The notes under the pieces: model-generated
Told to the model about the DNA's origin: nothing
What the model saw: only the letters and a program-made list of their open reading frames with translations
Databases searched by the model: none
Translations under genes and position numbers: made by a program
NCBI GenBank assembly: GCA_004431415.1
Contig: QPMI01000079.1
Location: forward strand, 62,001-126,000
DNA: 64,000 nucleotides
Source: Cyanophora paradoxa CCMP329
Taxonomy: Eukaryota; Plantae; Glaucophyta
Direction of reading: 5' to 3'
In this document: in pieces, positions 48,183-61,700 of the stretch
How the letters are laid out: each line of letters begins with the position of its first letter
How positions within the stretch are numbered: position 1 is the stretch's first letter

Positions 48183-49356
48183 GCCCCCTTTCATCCAGCG
48201 CTCACGTCCGCCGGCGTACCCCCCCGCCAGACCACGTGTACGCGATCGTGTACGGCCTGGTGGTGGCGCTGGTCGCCGCCTCCGTCGCCGACGCCGCCTG
48301 GGTCCTCCACGTGAGCCCCGGCCCGTTCTAGAACTGTAACAGCTATTTATATGAGGCTTCCGATTTCGCCTCCACAGAGCTTCCGAAAGAACCACTTCCG
48401 GTTCATGTGGTGCGCTGCCCCTACCCCCCCCCCGCCCCCGCCGTCCCCCCGCCCCCCCCCCTTCCCCCTCCCCCGCCCCCCCTTACCCTTACCCCCGTCG
48501 GAGCCGAGGGTCCCGTGATCGTACCACCCGCCAGGCCCGTCAAGCTCCTCAAGCTCGCGATCGCCCTGTTCTTCCAGGTACCCCCTCCCGGCCCTTCCTG
48601 ACCCCACACCCCTTCCCAGCTGAGCTGGTACCCCTCCCGCAAGTCCCTGTACCTTTCCTCCGTCGCGATTCTCCTGCGGGCGCTCGACTGCACCTACGTG
48701 AACATGAAGGTGCCGTACCCCTCCCGGACCCACGCCCCGGCCCCCGATCCCGCGTTGCGCCCGAGCTCACCGTACCCCGGCAGGCGCCGTACATGATGAC
48801 GCAGTACCCGGACGTGCCGTGCTGGGGCTTCCCGAACGGGATTCTCAGCGTCGTCGCCGTCGTCGCCACGGTGGGCCCCCCCTTTAGCGAGGCAGGCTCC
48901 AATCCGACTCACCGCGCCCCTCGCACCCGTGTCCACGCGCAGGTCGTGGTGGTTATCTTCGCGGGGGCGCTGACCGTCATCCAGACTGAGCCCAACGTGC
49001 GCCCGCCGGCCTTTGCCCCAGTCGCGCCGCTGAGGTCGAGGCGGCCGCTCTGACGGGCTCGGGCCGCGGCGCCTCAGATGAGCACCGACGCGCTCCTCGC
49101 CACCGCCACAAGCGAGGCGCCCCCTCCCCCCCCCCCCCCTCCCTCCTCCTCCACCCCTCCCTCCCTCCCTCCACCCTCCCCTCCCTTCCTTCCCTCCCTC
49201 TCTCCCCCCCTCCTCCCCCCCCTCCACCCTCCCCTCCCTTCTCTCCTCCCCCCTCCCTCTCATCCCTTCCTCCTCCCCCCCCCTCTCTCTCCTCCCACCT
49301 CCACCCCCTCCTCCTCCCTCCCTCCCGCCCTCCCGCCCTCCCTCCCCCCCCTCCCC

Positions 49357-49405
<49 letters not shown>

Positions 49406-52400
49406 CTCTCTCTCTCTCTCTCTCCCCCCCCCCCCCCCCCCGCCCCTCGCCTGACCCGGGGCGCGCAGGCGACAATCCGGCAGGTCTTCGCGCGCCTCGC
49501 CTTCGTCTGCGTCTCCGTCGGCCTCTCCAGTACCCCGTCCGCCCCCTCCCTCCCCTCCCCCCCCTCTCTCCAAGCTAAGCCTGCCGGCAGGGGGCGTCGG
49601 CGGTCTTCTCGGGGCTCATCACGGCGTACATGGCCTACCTCACCCTCCGCCACCTCCCCTACGTGCGCGCCGCTCGCCCGCACACGCCCCGCCCCGCCCG
49701 CACCCGCCCGCACCCGCCCCGCACCTGCATCCGCCGCTGCCGCCGCCGCCGCAGCCTCCGCCTCAGGCCCTATCCCACTCTATATCTCTACCTCTATACC
49801 GAGCTCCGGCCGCTGATGTCCCGCCCCTCCGCCGCCGCCGCCGCGGCCGGCCTGCTGACGTCCACCGCGGCGCGGCAGTACTCGAAGCACATGAACGAAC
49901 TGCGGTCGGCGCTCTACGCCGTCGTCTCCTGGTCCTCCCTCTGCGCCCTTGTGAGCCCACGCCCCCCTTCTTCCCTTCCCCCCTCGCCCCGCTGCCCCCC
50001 CCCCCCCCCCCCCCACCCCCCTCTTCTCCCCGCCCAGCTAGCGCCCCTCCCCGGCCCCTCTTCAGCTAGCGCCAGTTCGTGCTTGCCGCCGGCCGCGCCT
50101 CACGGGGCCCGGCCGGGGCGCCGCCAGGTCCTCTCCATCGTGGACGCGAGCCTGCTGGTCTCCGTCGCCTGGCTCCTCGGCGCCATCGCCGTCTTCGCCG
50201 GCGTCTGGCTCCTCTGCCGTGCGCGCCGCTCCGCGCGCGCCGCTCGAGCTCCGCCGCTTCGAGATTCGCGGCGCCGACGCCGAAGCCACGGCCACGGCCG
50301 CGGCCGCCGCGCAGGGAAGCGCTTCGACCGGCTCTGCAGGCCGAGCCTCGTGGGGGTCGACGACGAGGGGAACTACCAGTGCGCGGCATTTTTAGATACA
50401 GCATCATCAAAACTCCTATCATTATATATTTATAAACCTAACGGCGGCGGGGCAGGTACTACGGGGACTTCGCGCGCCCCGAGCACGTCGAGATCGCCGC
50501 CCGGTCCGACGCTGGCGCCCCCCCAACGACAGGCTTACGGGCCTGATACGATCCGGCGGGCACGCAGGTTCCTCCGCGAGCCGAAACACAAGAAGGACGA
50601 CGACATCGGTGCCGTGCCGCCCCCGGGCTCGTACGGCTTCGCGCTCGGCGGCCGCCTCACGCGTGGGCGGGCGCCGGGGCGGCAGACGAGGACGCGATCG
50701 ACCGCGCCGAGGCCGTCTTCCAGTCGGGCATCAAGAAGCGCGTCGGCCCCGCCCGCCCCGCCCCGCCCCGCCCCGCCCCGCCCCGCCCCGGGCCCCGGGC
50801 CCCGGGCCCTTCTGACTTGGGCGAAATCGCGTCAGGTTCCCCAAGGCGGCATGCGTCTACCTAGCGTACTCCAACTTCCTCAAGGTCCGAAACGGCGATA
50901 TTAAAGCCTTTTGGAGAACCTTTTGGATATTAAAGCTACAAGCAGCGTCCGCGGGGCTGACTCCCCTCGCGAGCGCAGTACTACCGGCAGAACGGGCAGC
51001 TGGAGGGGACGTTCGTCGACCGGTCTCGCCACCTCCAGCTCTCCATGCAGCTCCGCTTCGGTCCGATCCCGGGCCCGCCCCTCAAAAGTTAAACATCGTA
51101 ATATAGGAAAACTAGAGGCCGGCCTCGAGCTCGAGCCCGCACACTCCAACCCCCCTTCACCGGAAACCGTGCCGCCGCACGGTGGCGGGGCCTCTAGATC
51201 CGACCCTGCGGGGCTTCCCCCGCGGGGAAGGCGGCGTCGCCTGACCTCGCGGTCCGTGGCGGCAGCGGTGTTCCGGAAGGACAAGGAGCGGGAGGCGAGC
51301 TCGCGGTCGGAGGGGGGCGGCGAGGGTTCCATGGACCTCGTCTCCTACGTCGAGTTCCAGGCCCGCCCGCTCCACTTCTCCTTTAAGTCTGGATCACCAG
51401 CACTCGATCTAGATCCAGAGGAATCTAATTGTAAATCCCAACTGCATATAGAAGAATGAGACCGTGAAGAGGCTTCTTAATCCAGATCCAGAGAAATCTT
51501 CTACCATATCTAAAGACCGATTTCGATCTATCTCTTTAATTTCTAGCTGCGGTTGCATGTATTCATTCGGCTGACGTCCGCCGCAGAAGCAGCTGAAGGC
51601 GGCGAAGGAGGGCCACTACAAGGCGGCCAAGGCCATGCGCCTCGTCTGGACCGTGCGCACCCATAAAGAGCCATCTCGGCCCGGCGCCGGCGGCTCCGAG
51701 GGCGGCTCCGAACGGGGCGGGGCGGGGGCGCAGACGCTGCAGGAGGAGGACGAGGTGGCGCTGGCGAAGCTCGCCGACATCTTCCGCCTCGTCGACCGGT
51801 GCCCGCCCCGCCCCGCCCCGCCCCGCCCCGCCCCGCCCCGCCGCTCGCATTTCTTGTTTAACTTCGTCGAACTCGAAGGTACGAGTCGATGGCCGAGTCG
51901 AACCTCAAGTCGTGCGCCCGCCCCGCCCCGCCCCGCCCCGAATGGTTTGATTTCCTGATCTGGGGACCGGGGACCCTCAGCCTCCTCTCGAAGTACCCGC
52001 GCTCGATCCGCATCCTCCGCGCCATGGGCGCATTCGTCGAGGAGGTCCGCGGGCGCGCGCCGGCGCGCGGCACTAATCAGAAGCTTATTATCAAGCTTAG
52101 TGCACTGAGCTTATCATTACTGAGCTGCACTAAAGCCGCGCGCGTCTGCGCCGCTCCCGCGCTGGAGCCTCCGATCCCGATGCTGAGGCCTCGCTCGCGA
52201 TCGCGACCAGGTCAAGAACGACGCGCTGCGGGCGGAGGAGTACTACCGCCTGGCGGACGCGGAGGAGGAGGACCAGAGCCGCGCCACCGCGTGCGCCCGC
52301 TCGCGAGTCGCTCGAACTCGAGACGCCAGAGCGGCGGCCGCGCCGCCCTCGCCTGAACATGTGCCGACGATGGCTTGCGATCGGCAGGGACGGGGCGGGC

Positions 52401-52686
52401 GGCGACGGGGCGCCGGCGGGTGCCATCGACAACACGCGCAACGGCGTCATCGTCATCGGCTCCAACGAGGTCCCCTTCAACTTCGCGCTCGACTCCCCAA
52501 TTCCAACGCCCTCCGCTCGAATGTTGATTCGGTCGAGCCCGCCGGGCCGGCCCACCGCAGATCATCACGAGCGTGAACGCCGTCACGTGCCGCATGTGGG
52601 GCTACAAGCGCAACGAAATCGTCGGCAAGGTCCGCCTCGCCGCTCGCTTAATGATGCCATGATTCCCGCGCGGCGCTCGACCCACG

Positions 52687-52723
<37 letters not shown>

Positions 52724-55700
52724 CCTCTCTTGATGCTCCGTGCCGCGCAGCGGATCACGATGATGATGCCGAGCCCCTTCCGCGACGACCACCACATCTA
52801 CGTCACCTCGTACCTCCGCACGGTGGGTCACCGGCCCGGCCTCCGCTGCCGGGCCCCGGCTTCACACCTTCTGGCCCGCCTCACCGCTCGTCGCTCCGGA
52901 CGCGCGCGCTCGCAGGGCGTCGCAAAAGTCGTGAACATCCCCCGCAAGTAGGCCACGCTCTCTTTTGAATTAAACCTCCTTGTGCTCTATTATGTATGGT
53001 TTTAACATCGCGTTCCCCCGCAGCGTCTTCGGCCTCCACAAGGTACCCCGCGCTTTCTTTGAATCGAATCGAATTATTTCGCGCTCTGTTGCACGTCGCT
53101 GACTTCACTTTCTCAAGGATGGCCACATCTTCCCCATCCGGCTCTACGTCACGAGGTGGGCTTTAATTTATAACGCTTGAAATTGCAACCGCGCGCGGTT
53201 GAAAATTTAATCGCGTCACGCGCTCTCTGTGTGCAGAATGGACATCAACGGGTCCATCACGTTCGTGGGAGCCGTCACGCAGCTCGAAGACACGTGCGCG
53301 CGGCCGATCCGCGAATTCGCGCGCGATCGCATTCGTCAGTCTAAAGGGCGCCGGTGATCCTGGCCAGGGACGGAGCGATGCTGGTGACCGCGGCGGGGAA
53401 GCTAACCGGTGAGGGCGCTTCCATCTTTTCTCGCTGCTCAAGCTCGCTGCTGACGCTCTCCGGATCTAGGGGCAAACAAGGAAGCTGCGTCCATATTCGA
53501 GACTCCCGTGACCGAGCTCGCCCAGAAAGATATCAAGGTGCGTTGCAGGAAATCAAAGAAGAGTGCTATTTCTATGTAATTAATAACGCGATCTTTTGCA
53601 GCAAATCGTGCCGCCGCGCTTCTGGAGCGTCTTCGACGTCATCGGCGGGCCGCAGAAGCCGGGGAGCGGCTTCCTGCGCGCCCCGTTCGGCGCGCGCCAG
53701 ACGCTGGGCGGGGGCGGCTCCTTCAACCGGCGCGTGGGCGGCGCGGTGCCGTCGCTGAACATCGGCGCCGGTGCGGGGGACCGCCGCGAGTCGAACACGT
53801 CGAAGATGCGCGACGGCACCCAGCAGCAGGCGCGACGCCCTCCGCCTAGCCTGCCTCCAAATACATGATACGTAAATTTCACGCGCTCTGCAGGGCGGGA
53901 ACGCGCTCCAGTTCGCCTCGAAGATCCAGGAGCTCTCGGAGACGGAGATACAGGGGCTCTCCCCCGACGGCACGGCGAGTGGAACAGGGCGGCCGGCTGG
54001 GCCAGCCCCTCCGATCCGCCCGTCTGCGCGTTGATCACGAGGTCGTACGGCCGCAGGTCTTTCCGCTCTCGGTCAAGCTCTCCAAGATGTTCGAGGGCGA
54101 GGCGCGCGCTGTGTACTCCCTGTCCATGTCGAGCTTCTAACGCTGCCGAGCCGCAGAAAACGCTGATCATTGCCAACATCAAGGAGGTGCTTAAAGTTTC
54201 CACTGATATCCAACTCCAGCGTCCGCAGGCGACCGCGCCGGTAGCTCAGGCCGCGCGCGCGGGCGCAGGTGGAGGACACGGCGGGGCTGATCTCGATCGA
54301 CGCCCGCGGGGTCATCCGCTCCCTCAACAAGTCCCTCTGCGTCATCTTCGGCTACCAGGCGCTTATATATTATAAAATTGCATTTGACGACTTCGAATTC
54401 GCTCCCCGTTCGATTTGTCTCTCAACCGTCTTGTTTTCGCACTTGCGCGCAGCCCCGAGAGCTCATCAACCAAAAGATTGAGGTCCTCGTTTTTCTTATT
54501 TGCACATGTCCTCTTTATTCGACGCTGACGGGGGGCGTCCGCTTGCGGCGCGCGCGCGCGCAGATGTTGATGCCGGCGCCCTACTCGCAGTACCACCAGG
54601 GCTACCTGGACCGCTACATGCGCACGGGCGAGGAGCACGTGCGCATGCGCGCGCCGCCGTGCTGCGCAAAGCTCAAGCTTCAGCTTCGCTTCCTTGGCTC
54701 TGCCGTTCCTCGTCCGACCTCAACGGCCGCGGGCGCGCAGGTGGTGGGCCAGAAGCGCACCGTTACGGGCAAGCACAAGAGCGGCGCCACTTTCCCCATC
54801 ATGCTCGAGGCGAGTCGTAGTCTAAGATGGCTTATAATAATAAGGGACGGTCAGGCCTAGGGGTGATAAGAATACACCGACCGCGCGCGAGCGCAACAGT
54901 CTTAGGGCAGAGTCTCGCATCTCGAGCTTCCGCCCGCCCCTCGGCCGCTGACCCGCCTCGATTCGCCGCGGTCAGGTGTCGCGGGCGGACGTGGGGCGGG
55001 ACGCCTTCTTCGTGGGGCGCGTCATCAAGCTCGAAGACGAGGAGGACCAGGACGCCGTGCGACCCCGCGCCGGCTGTTCGGCTAGACTCGATCGACTCTG
55101 CATCGACGTCGGCTCTGATCCGATGGAACTGCGAACGCAGATGATCACGATCGACCAGGGGGGCCTGATGCAGAACGTGAACGCCGTCTGCTCCGAGATG
55201 TTCGGCTACCGCACGCAGGAGATGCTCGGCCGCAACGTCAAGATGCTCATGCCCAGGTCCGCACGCGCGCGCGCGCCCCGTCCCGTTCCGTCGATCCCGA
55301 CGGTCGGGATCGAACGATGGCGGCAGCCACTACGCGGTGCACCACGACAAATACCTCTCGGAGTACATGCGGACGGGCGTCTCGCACGTCATCGGCACGG
55401 GCGGGCGCTCGCTCGAGGCCCTCCACCGCGACGGCAGCACCTTCCCCGTCCAGCTCGAGGTGCAGCCGGCGCTGCTCTGCTCTGCAACGCCGCCGCCGCG
55501 CCACCGACGACCGCGACAACGTTTGACGCTCGGAGAGAGATGAATAGCCTGAGGCGGCTTGCGTTATCAACTACAGATAGAGATATATAGAGCCACACCT
55601 AAGCCACCTCGGTCTATCTCTCTGTCTCTATCTCTGACGCTCCCTCCGCTCTCGCGCCGGCAGGTGATGCAGGACGACTCGCTGAAGGACAAGGGCGTGA

Positions 55701-58700
55701 CCCTCTTCATGGGGCGCATCAGCAAGCTCACCGACATGGACGCTCTCGTGCGCGCGTTTGTCGGCAGAGCAGCCCGCGCGCGCCGTCGCCCCTCGCCGAA
55801 CTGTGTCGTTTACATATAATTAATCGCCGAAACGTGTGCCACGTGTATTACAATCGCTTACGTGTACGTCCGATCAGATCTCCATCAACTCGAAGGGCAT
55901 TGTCACCTCTTGCAACAAATGTGCGCCGTTTTCGGTCAAGTACTCCGTGAAGTACGGTTTGCGCGGCTGGAGGCTCACACGACATTGATCGCGCAGACGC
56001 GTGCAAGATGTTCGGGATCAAAGGGTGCGCGCGCGCCGCGTTGCGCCCTGAGTTCCGCCCCTCGCGTCCAGCGTCATGCCATGGGCCAGGCCGGAGCACC
56101 TCGTGGGCCGCAACATCAAAGTCCTGACCCCGCCCGAGATCGCCGTCAACCACGACGCCTACCTCAAAAGGTCCCCGGTCCTTTCATTATCTTCGGATTT
56201 CCTGATGTTTTCCTGATATTTCGCGATACCAGATACATGGACACGGGAGTGGCCCGCGTGGTCGGCCTGAAGCGCGAGGTCGAAGGGTGCGATTGCGAGC
56301 CGTTCGAGAAATGGCGGGCATAAGGGTCTCGAGATCGGCGTCAAAATGATCTCCGAGTCGCCCGACAGGCTCCACTCGGACGGGTCCCGCTTCCCCCTCA
56401 CGCTCGAAGTCAGCGAGATGAAGGTCCAGGTGAGATCCGGGGCGGTTGAAATCGTTTACGTACAGCTTCCCTCGCTGAAATTCGGATAGGACGACTCGAT
56501 CTTCACGGCCCGGATCCTCTTTAACGCGGAGGATTACAAGAAGTCCCAGGTCCGGCGGGCTTTTCTTCGATCTGCAATTGCGAGATCAAGCTCACCACAC
56601 TTGATTTCGCAGCGCTCGGCCCGCTCGGGCGGAGCCTCGCCCCACGGCAGCCACCCGGCCGTCGCCGTCACTGCACCTGCGCCTGCCCACGTGTTCGTGC
56701 CTCGCACGCTGCGTGTTCCAGTCCGCATCTCGCGTCTCGTGACGGCCACCGCGCGGCGTGCGCAGGCCCGAGCGCACGGGTCTTGTCCAGCGGAAGCCCC
56801 ACGCGCAAGGGTCAGTGACGCGCGCCCCGGGCCCTCCTCGGTCAACGTTTGATCGTGATCACGATCAGGCACGGTGAGCACGGCCACCACGCGCACGTGC
56901 ACGCCCACGGGCTCAACGTCGGAAACTTCGGCCTGGACCCCGTCGTCGAGGGTCCGCCTCGCCCCTCCTCGCGCTCCGTTTCTTCCTTTCGGGTCGGGGG
57001 ATCGAATCTGTTGCGCCTCGCCCGCCCGCAGAGGGCGCCGAGGGGACGCCGCGGATCAACCTCGGGCCCAACATGAAGATCTCCAGCTTCACCTCCGATT
57101 CCAGGTCCGGTCCAGTCTTTGTGCAATTTCGAGCCTAGTACATTCAACAGCTTATCCGATTTCAATGTACATGTACGCGTATCCAGCCACGGGAACGGCA
57201 ACCGGTTCGACCCGCTGCACCTGGACCACCCGCAGCCGCGGCGGCGCTCGCTGTCGATCGGGGGCGGCCCCGACACGGACCGCTCGGGCGGCTCGCTCGG
57301 CCGCTCGGACGGGAGCGCGACCGACCGGAGCGCCGGCGACCGCGACCGGTGGGCCGGCCTCGGGCGCGGGCACGGGCAGGGGCGCCGCCGGAGCAGCCAC
57401 GACACGGGAACGAGCTCATCGACGGCGCAGCCGCTCGTGCCCCTCACCGCGCACGACGAGGTCAGCGCCCCATCAAACATATTAGACTTAACAGCGAACA
57501 TATCGGAATTTAGATCCGCTGAGCTCGTGTTTGGTTCGAATTCGCAGGAGTCCCTGGTGACGCGGATGCCGGCGGCGCTGGCCATGGGCCTTGGCCTGGG
57601 CCGCGAGGACGGCAGCGGCGAGGCCGGCGCCGGCGGGGCCGGCGCGGGCGGGCCCGGGGCGGGCGTGGCGAGCTTGGGCTCAGGGGCGGGCGCGGGGCCC
57701 TCGGACCACGACGGCGACGAGCGCCGCAGCGAGGCCGGGCAGGTGCGCGCTCGAGCGCTGCCGCAAGCCGAGGCGAGATTTCGAGATTTCCGCCCGCAGT
57801 CCGAGGCGTCGGCGTCGTCCATCGGGACCAAGCGGCGCCGGCGGAAGCGCAAGCGCGTTCGGATCCCCTCCCGTCCCAGCCGACCGCCCCGCCCCAACGT
57901 CGACCCCTGAACCTCCCGTTTCGTTTCCGTCCGCCCTGCAGGATGGAGCTGCTGAACGCGGCGCGGAACCGCAAGTCGGGCGCCGACCTCCTCTGGCGCC
58001 AGGTCCGCCCAAGCTTAAGGGACGCGCCCCACGCGCTGTATATATATCCAATGAGAATATCTAATACAAGATGAATTACGAGATCAAATACAAGATCGGT
58101 TAACTCCTCTAATGCACCCAATAAGCGTTGTCTTCGCGGAGGGCATGCGCAGCCTGTTCCGCGCTCGAGCTCGGCGGCGCTGACGGGCTCGCCTCGCCCG
58201 GGGACGGCGCGCGCGGCAGATCGTGCTCTCGGTGGTGATCCTCTCGGCGCTCTGCGTCGCCGCCTTCCTCATCGTCCAGGCCCGCCCCGCCCCGCGCGGC
58301 CCCCACTTATTCTATCAGCTCGCTTAGAGCTTCACGGCTGCGTGCAGGGCATGATGGCCGGCTACGGGGGGATGCTCGAGGCCGTCGCGTGCGCCCCGGG
58401 CCCGCTCGCTATTCGGCCCCGCTCGCCGGGGCTTCGGCCCCGCTCGCCGGCGCCCCCCGTTCCGAACGTTGACGGACGCTTCTGCGGCGCCGGCGCAGAG
58501 CGTCGAGCCAGCGGACCCTCCAGTCGCAGTTCGTGGCGATCGAGGTAGCCAGCTATGGCTCCCTTCGCTTTGAGCTTCGAGCTTCGCGCCGCCGGGCGCG
58601 ACGCTCGCGCCCACGGCCGCACGCCCGCAGGCAAGGACCCTGGACCTTCTGGCGCGCGGCGCGGCGGCGCCGAGCGCGGTGGACTCGGCTTCCGGCGGCG

Positions 58701-61700
58701 GGCTCGAGGCGGCGGCGGGGCGGCTCGCCGCGGCCGCCGCCGAGATGATGCGCCTCCACCAGGCGAGCCCGACCGGGCCGCGGTAGAATGGAGCCGCCGT
58801 AATAGTTTATTAGTTCGTGACCTCGGATTCGATTTGGCGCAGGGGCTGCACCTGGGGACGGAGGGCCTGCAGCCGGGGAGCCCCGAGGGGGTCGCCGACC
58901 TCATGGACGCCCCCTCCCTCAACGCCACCCAGTTCCGGTGCGCCGAAATTTATGATTAGAATTTCTGTTACGCCGAGCGCGTCGCGGGCCCGGCCCGGCC
59001 TGGCGGACTCTCTCTCCTCTTACAAGTACTGACACGGCCGGCCCAGCAACACGAACCCGCCCGAGATCGTGTACGCGGCGATGGGCCTCTGGAATCTGGG
59101 CGAGAGGTGCCGCCCCCAGACTCCTCGACGACTCTTCGAGTCTGTCTGACGCCCGCGGCACGTGCGCAGCTACGTGCAACACGCGCGGCTGCTGGCGGCC
59201 TCCGCGTCGTACTTCGCGCGGGGCCCCGCCGCCGTCAACGCCACTTCCCTCGCCGACCCCGCCCGCTGCCTCTTCGACACGGGCGCGCGAGCCCGCGGCC
59301 CGCGCCCGATTCCTCTGATTTCTCTGACGGCCCCCGCCCTTTGCCCGCCAGGCCGCTGCATCTCGTACCAGTTCATCATGCGCAACAGCCCCGACGTCGG
59401 TGCGCGCCCCCGCGCGCGCCCGTCCTCCTCTTGCGGCCTTTTGTTCTGAGGCGGCCCGGCCCTGCACGGCCCGCGCGCAGTCTACGCGGCAACGGAGCGG
59501 GCGACGGACCTCTTCACCGCCGGCGTCGTCGCCGCCCGCCGCGCCGTCCAGGCCCGCCCGAGCCCGTCCTGGAGACCTAGATCTGATCTGATGATCTGCC
59601 CGCCTGCCCCGCCTCAATCTAGATCTGCCCCGCCCCGCGCGCCCTCCACCCGGTCGCCGCCCCTCCGGCTGACGGCCCCGCCCCTTTGATTCCGCACGCA
59701 GCTGGTGTACATCGTGACCCTCGCCGTCTCCCTCGTCGTCGTCGCCGCCTTCGCCCTCCTCATGTGCCCCCGCCCCGCCCCTCCACCCCGCCCCGCCCTT
59801 CCCCCCTCCGCCCCGATATCGCCCCAACAACTAAGACCGCGAGCGCTACATACTTTTAGGCGTGATGATAATGCCCGCTCGTGTGCCCGCCCCGCCTCTC
59901 CACCCCGGTCCCTAAGAAGATCTCGGACAATAATCTTATCTAGTTGATCCTGTTGAGCCGGCTAGCCTGCCCCGCCCCTCTGCTGGGCGTCGCAGCGCTC
60001 CGCGCCGCGCTGCGCCGCCGAGTGCTGATCATGAGCGCCGGCACGCGCGCGGGCAGCTTCGGGCCGTCGTTCCGGCGGGTGCGGGCGGAGCGCGACTCCA
60101 TCATGGGCCTCTTCCTCGTGCGCTATTTATGGCCGGGGCCCAAGTTTAAGGAGCTGAGCGTTTTCGCCGCAGCGCATCCCGAAGGCGACGGTCAAGATCC
60201 TCGCCCGCCGCAAGATCAAGGCCCGCCCCGCCCCGCCCCGCCCCCGCCTTGCCCCGCCCCCGCCCCCGCCCCCGCGTCACCCTACTCCCACCCCGGACCC
60301 CACCCCGCCCCGGGCCCCTGCTTAAGCTTTTCTCACGCGCCGCGGGCCATCCCTCGCAGGTCCGCCTGAACTCGGACGACGAGGAGTCCGAGGACGAGGT
60401 GCCGGGCCCCGGCCCGCCTCGAAGGAGCCTCACCCGATCTCACGCGGGCGCCCCTCCGCCTCTGCTCGCAGGACGACGACGCGGACGTGGACAAGGCCGC
60501 GGCAAAGGAGGCCCGCCCCGCCCGCCCGCTCGGCCCCGATCGAATCGGGCCCTGCAGCGCGCTTCCGCTGTTCGTGATGGCGCGCGCCTTCGCAGGCGGC
60601 GGCCGCCTCGAAGCAGGAGAAGGCGGGTGGGGAGGGGGGCGCGACCTACGCCGACATCCCCAGGCGCGCGTGCAGCCCCTCCGCCTCGTCAGACCAGACG
60701 CGCCTCAGACCATTTCTGATCATGAGCGCGCGCGCGCAGCCGGCGGGTCTCGTTCTTCGCGAGCGCGCAGCCGCCGGCCGCCCCCGGGGCCAGCCGCCGC
60801 GCCTCAACCCTGCCCAAGGTCCCTGGGCCTGGGTCCCCCCCGCCCTCCGCGGAAATTCAAATTGAAATCGGGATGGGGGCAGGGGCCGGCGGGGGCGGCG
60901 GTGGCGGCGCTCCCCAACCTCGCCACCCCCGACAGCCACGGCCAGGTCCGGCCCTTAGTTTACGGCGCGGTTGAGGGAACTATTAGAGTCGCCGGCTCGA
61001 ACCTTCGGGCCCGACGGGCCTGAATTCGAAGAAAATATTATAGAATGGCTCAACGTAGTAGAATGGTCCCGGCCGGCCCTTGGCTCAACACATTAGAGCG
61101 GCTCACACCTTCCTTCCGGCGGCAGGCGGCCTGGACGACGGGCCCCGCCCGCGAGTCCGTCCGGCGGCCCTCGTACCTCGCCGGTGCCCGCCGCCCCCCT
61201 GGCCTGCTCTCCCGCCTTCTTTTCCTCTTCCAACTTCGCTGTCAAATTCGCAGCGGCGCTGGCGGCCGTGCGCCTCGCCTTCTCGTCCGGCCGCGCCGCC
61301 GCGTACGGTGCGCAAAGTATATTCGCTTCCTCGCGAATGATCTTGCGAGCTGAGCGACGGCGAACCGAACAGGCCCCGGGCCGCCTTCGGACCGGGCCGC
61401 CAAGGTGCGCTCTCGTCTCGCCGCTTTTGTTCTCCGAACTTCCTCCTTCCTCACGCGCCCGAAGGTGGCGCCGATGCCGCCCCCGGGCGGGCCGAGCGGC
61501 AAGCCGGGTCAACCCGGCGGCAAGGGCCCGGCCCCCGAGGGTGCCCCGGCGTCCCCTCTCTCTCTCTGTCTCTGCTCTCTCATCGGACTCACTCTCGAGA
61601 TCTAATCTCCCATCGGACAGCTGCGCCGGCGCGGATGGACTCGTTCTTCCGCTCGCTGGCCGTGCAGTACCTCGCCGCCCTCGCCCTCACCGCGTGCGCC

